Shown: positions 39,682 to 43,532 of the stretch, piece after piece
How the letters are laid out: each line of letters starts with the position of its first letter
Position numbering within the stretch: position 1 is the first letter of the stretch
The notes under the pieces: model-generated
Told to the model about the DNA's origin: nothing
Database searches by the model: none
The model's input: the letters and a program-made list of their open reading frames with translations, nothing else
DNA from: Macrostomum lignano
Lineage: Eukaryota
Length of the DNA stretch: 43,532 nt
Assembly (NCBI GenBank): GCA_002269645.1
Contig: NIVC01003758.1
Coordinates: forward strand, 34,872 to 78,403
Direction of reading: 5' to 3'
Position numbers and translations under genes: made by a program

Positions 39682-42600
39682 ATGGAAGCAATTTTAGCTC
39701 AAATCGACAATCCTGAAATTGGAGCACAATTAATAGCTCAATTGGAATTAGAAAGAGCTAATATAGAAGCAAGAATTAGGGCAGAAAATGAGATACGTTT
39801 AGAAAGACAATTAAATGATATTGATAACCCGAACCACAAAGACAAAATGGAGCTGAAGTAATAGATATAGATATTGATATAAATACAAATTATAAAGAAT
39901 ATTTTAAAGAAATGAAAGATAAAGTAAAGACCATATTAAACAATTATACTATAAGACCAAATAACAAACGACAGCCAATTAAGTATAAAATAGAAGTTGA
40001 AACAGAATTTAAAAAACCAAATATACTTAATGCAAATTCAGAAATTGAAGTAATAAATAACTTTTCACAAGAATCATATAAGACATTACTATCAATGAGA
40101 AATTACGGTAATCAATTTAATCAAATAGAAGCTGAGTTTGATGAATGGATAGATAAGATGACAGAAAACGGATCTGGGTTTATATTTGTATCTTGTAATT
40201 CAGCAACAGTAAAGATTGCTCCTATTGAAATTCTTAAAGGTCGATCACATATGAAGCTTTACTTTAAATCACCAATGATCATAAATCCAGATAATAATGA
40301 TAATAAATGTTTATTATGGTGTTTATTAATTCATAAATATCATAAACAAGTATAATCACATGTTAATAAAATATATAATTATATTCAATATGAGGATGAA
40401 ATAATAATGAAAAACATATCATACCCAGTAGCAATAGATGATATATATAAGATTGAAAAAATGAATGGGTTAAATATTAATGTGTTTACAATTGAAGAAC
40501 CAAAAGAAGAAGAAATTCTAACCGATCGGACGGAGACCGCGACCCATCAGGTCGATAAAGAATGGTATAAGAAAAACTGTTATTTAGTAAAACCAGCAAC
40601 TGATATAACTGCACCAGATCAAATCGACCTTTTGTACATACAGCGCGAAAATAAAACACATTATATATACATAAAGGACATTAGTTCTTTTTTAAGAGAA
40701 AATGGAAATAGAAAGCCATTATGCAGAAACTGTTTCACATTTAAATATGATGAAACGGCTCTTAGAAACCACCAACGATTTTGTTTAGATCACAAATTTA
40801 CTAATGTTGTAATGCCAGATTATGAAGATGCAACCCTAAAGTTCCAACAACATTATATGGCAATTAAAAAACCAATAGTAATATATGCTGATTTTGAAGC
40901 AACAAATGTTCCTTAAAAGAATCACAGACAGTATCTGATGGCGAATGCACAAAAAAATTAGCACAACAGTTTCCGAATAGTTATTGTATATATGTACACT
41001 CCGTAGCTGATCATATATTTAAATCAAGGATGATTACTTACCACGGTAAGGACGCAGCAAAACACATGGCAGAATCATTAGTAAATGCATTTGAATATAT
41101 TCAAAATCAATATGATAAATTATCAAAAAATATTATTATGACAGATAAGGATAGAGACAATTATAAAATGCAACAAATTGTTTTATGTGCAAAAGATATT
41201 TAAGTGGGAAAAATAAGATACGAGAACATTGTCATCTAACGGGAATTTATCGTGGTGCAGCATGTAGATCATGTAACGCAAAAGAAGGAAAAGGATGTAA
41301 GGAAATACCAGTATTTTTTCATAATGGATCCGGATATGATTTTCATTTCTTAGTTCGAGAATTACTTCATTTAGATAGGGATGAATATGAATTAAATATA
41401 TTACCTAAAACATCAGAAAATTATATATCAATAACATATGGTAAGAAATACTCCCATCTAGTTTTTCTAGACTCCTTAAGATTCTTATCAACATCTTTAG
41501 CAAATGTTGTTTCATCATTAGTTCCAAAACCTTGGGATTTAGAAATAGTAAAGAAAAACTTTCCAATACTATTGAAACATTTCAAAAAGGAAAAACTATC
41601 CGAGGAAGAACTAATGCTATTAACGCGCAAGGGCATCTATCCATATGAATATGTAACATCTGAAAATGTATTTAATGATACTCAATTACCACCCATAGAG
41701 AAGTTTTATTCAACATTATCACAATCAAATATAAGTGAATCTGATTATGAACACGCGCAAAAAGTATGGAAATATTTTAATTGTAAAACATTTAAAGATT
41801 ATCATAATCTTTATCTTAAAGCAGATGTTCTCCTATTAGCTGATGCGTTTGAAAACTTTAGGAATCATACATATGAGAATTTTAAAATTGATCCCGCATA
41901 TTGTTTTAGTGCACCGGGATTAACATGGGCATGCGGTTTGAAATACACAGATGCTAAGATTGATTTACTAACTGATCATGATATGTTGTTAATGATTGAG
42001 AGAGGAATTCGCGGCGGATTCTCGGGGGTACTAGGAGATAGATATACTAAAGTAAATAATAAATATCTACCAAATTATAATAAAAAAGAAAAATCATCAT
42101 ATGTATTATATCTAGATGCAAACAATTTATACGGTGGTTGTATGAAACAAAAATTACCAATAGCTGATTTCCAATGGGAAGATGACCCCAATTATTACAA
42201 AAATATTCCCGAAGGAAGGGGCTGTATCTTAGAAGTGGATTTGCAATATACTCGGGAAGCAAAAGCAAAAACATATAAATATCCTTTAGCTCCAGAGCAT
42301 TGTTCAGTTAATGAAGATGATTTATCACAAACACAAAAAGAGTATCTTAAAGTAGATAATGCAAAACACCTAGCAACAAAAAAATTAATATTAAATTTAC
42401 ATGATAAGAAAAACTATGTAGTGCATTATAAGCTTCTACAATTTTATGAAAAGCAGGGATTAAAAGTGTCTAAAGTACATCGAACAATATCGTTTATTGA
42501 GGAAGATTGGTTAGCTAAATATATTGACTTTAATTCAAATCAGAGACAGATGTCAAAAACAAATTTTGAGAAAGATTATTGGAAATTAATGAATAATGCT

Positions 42601-43367
42601 TTTTATGGAAAAACGGTTGAAAATATTAGAGATAGAACCCAATTCCATTTAGAAAAGGATATTGATAAAGCAAAGAAATATTTCTCAAAACCTAACTTTA
42701 AAGATTTTATAAAATTTGATGATAACTTTATGGGTATTCATATGAGAAATAAAACAACAAAATTTCTTAAACCAATATTTATTGGAATGGTTGTTTTAGA
42801 TTATGCAAAGCTAGTAATGTATGAATACTATTATGATGTTATAAATAAAACCTGGCCAGATAACTATCCAATATATGCAGACACTGACAGTTTGGTATTT
42901 AAGGTTGAAACACCAGACGTTTATAAAGATATGGAAAAAATTAAGGATACATTGGATACCTCTGACTATCCGGATAACCATCCCTTAAAATCGAATCAAA
43001 ATAAGAAAGTTGTACTTAAAATGAAAGATGAATTAAATAGCAAAATCATAACCGAGTTTATAGCAATAAGATCAAAATGCTATGCATTTAAAGTTTTAGG
43101 AGAGGAGGGAGAGGTAAAAAAAATAAAAGGGGTATCAAGGGCAGCAGTTAAAAAGATAACATTTGATGATTATAAAAACGTACTTTTAGATTACCTTAAT
43201 ACAATTGAAAATTATCATGCTCCACAATATCGATTAAATTCAGATAAGCATCAGATGTTTGTCATCGAGACAGATAAAAAACATTAAGTCCATTTGATGA
43301 TAAAAGATATTTAGATGATAAAATTAAAACATATCCATATGGTTTAAAAGAAGAGATAAAAACATGA
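39682..43367 (+). pseudogene. polB: Protein-primed PolB of element 2, with stops and frameshifts
   Basis: GSGF, INPDNNDNKCLLWCL, YPV...INVF, CRNC, IYADFE, EHCHLTG.YRGAAC..CN, FHNGSGYD, YLDANNLYG, KLMNNAFYGK, YADTDS, KCY, LSPFDDKRY...YPYG. Breaks at ~39845, 40353, ~40405, 40914, ~41167 and ~43280. Confidence 0.92.
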
Positions 43368-43532
43368 TAAAAGATAAAAAACAAAAAGAAGATATAATAA
43401 GCAAATATGATGAATACAAAGAGGCAATAAATAATTATTATTACGATTGTGATTGCGAATCCGAATGTGAATGTGAATATAATACATATCTAGAATATGA
43501 AAAAGATGTAGATAATTATTATGCAACATTTC
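43364..43532 (+). CDS. Partial ORF (MIKDKKQKED...DCDCESECECEY...), open at window end
   Basis: ATGA overlap with the PolB stop; no stop before the sequence ends. Confidence 0.45.
   Translation, partial: MIKDKKQKEDIISKYDEYKEAINNYYYDCDCESECECEYNTYLEYEKDVDNYYATF

Larger units (their letters stand above)
37873..43532 (+). mobile_element. Maverick/Polinton element 2 (AT-rich), left end, continues beyond window
   Basis: Starts AGTAGTAGG exactly where the host ORF breaks; abrupt change to AT-rich DNA; pX-like core genes and pPolB. Confidence 0.9.

Overview
Eukaryotic (invertebrate animal) genomic DNA dominated by endogenous Maverick/Polinton (adintovirus-like) elements. (1) 1-16996: a near-complete, roughly GC-balanced Maverick with protein-primed PolB, PLA2, packaging ATPase, minor and major capsid proteins, pX-like and basic core proteins, rve integrase-chromodomain and adenain-like protease. 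Its right terminus is ACTACT at 16996; the left end lies outside the window. Its early block is unusual: a spliced unknown gene, a two-repeat TATA-binding-protein (TBP)-like gene, a deoxynucleoside kinase and a dUTPase. A TATAAG(Y)AA motif sits 41-51 nt upstream of most late/structural start codons. The best candidate for an undescribed system is a Maverick-encoded TBP paired with its own variant TATA promoter. (2) 17608-22092: an older, degenerate copy of the same right end, broken up by nested MITEs. (3) Host genes: an IFI6/IFI27-like gene and two head-to-head SLC26 anion transporters. One has three phase-0 introns filled with different minisatellites; the other is intronless and is cut by (4) a second, unrelated AT-rich Maverick starting AGTAGT at 37873 with a 265-bp fold-back terminus. 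A THAP/P-element remnant and several satellites lie between them. All assignments come from motif recognition by eye; no database searches were run. Minisatellite-filled introns are reminiscent of Macrostomum-like flatworm genomes, but this is only a guess.
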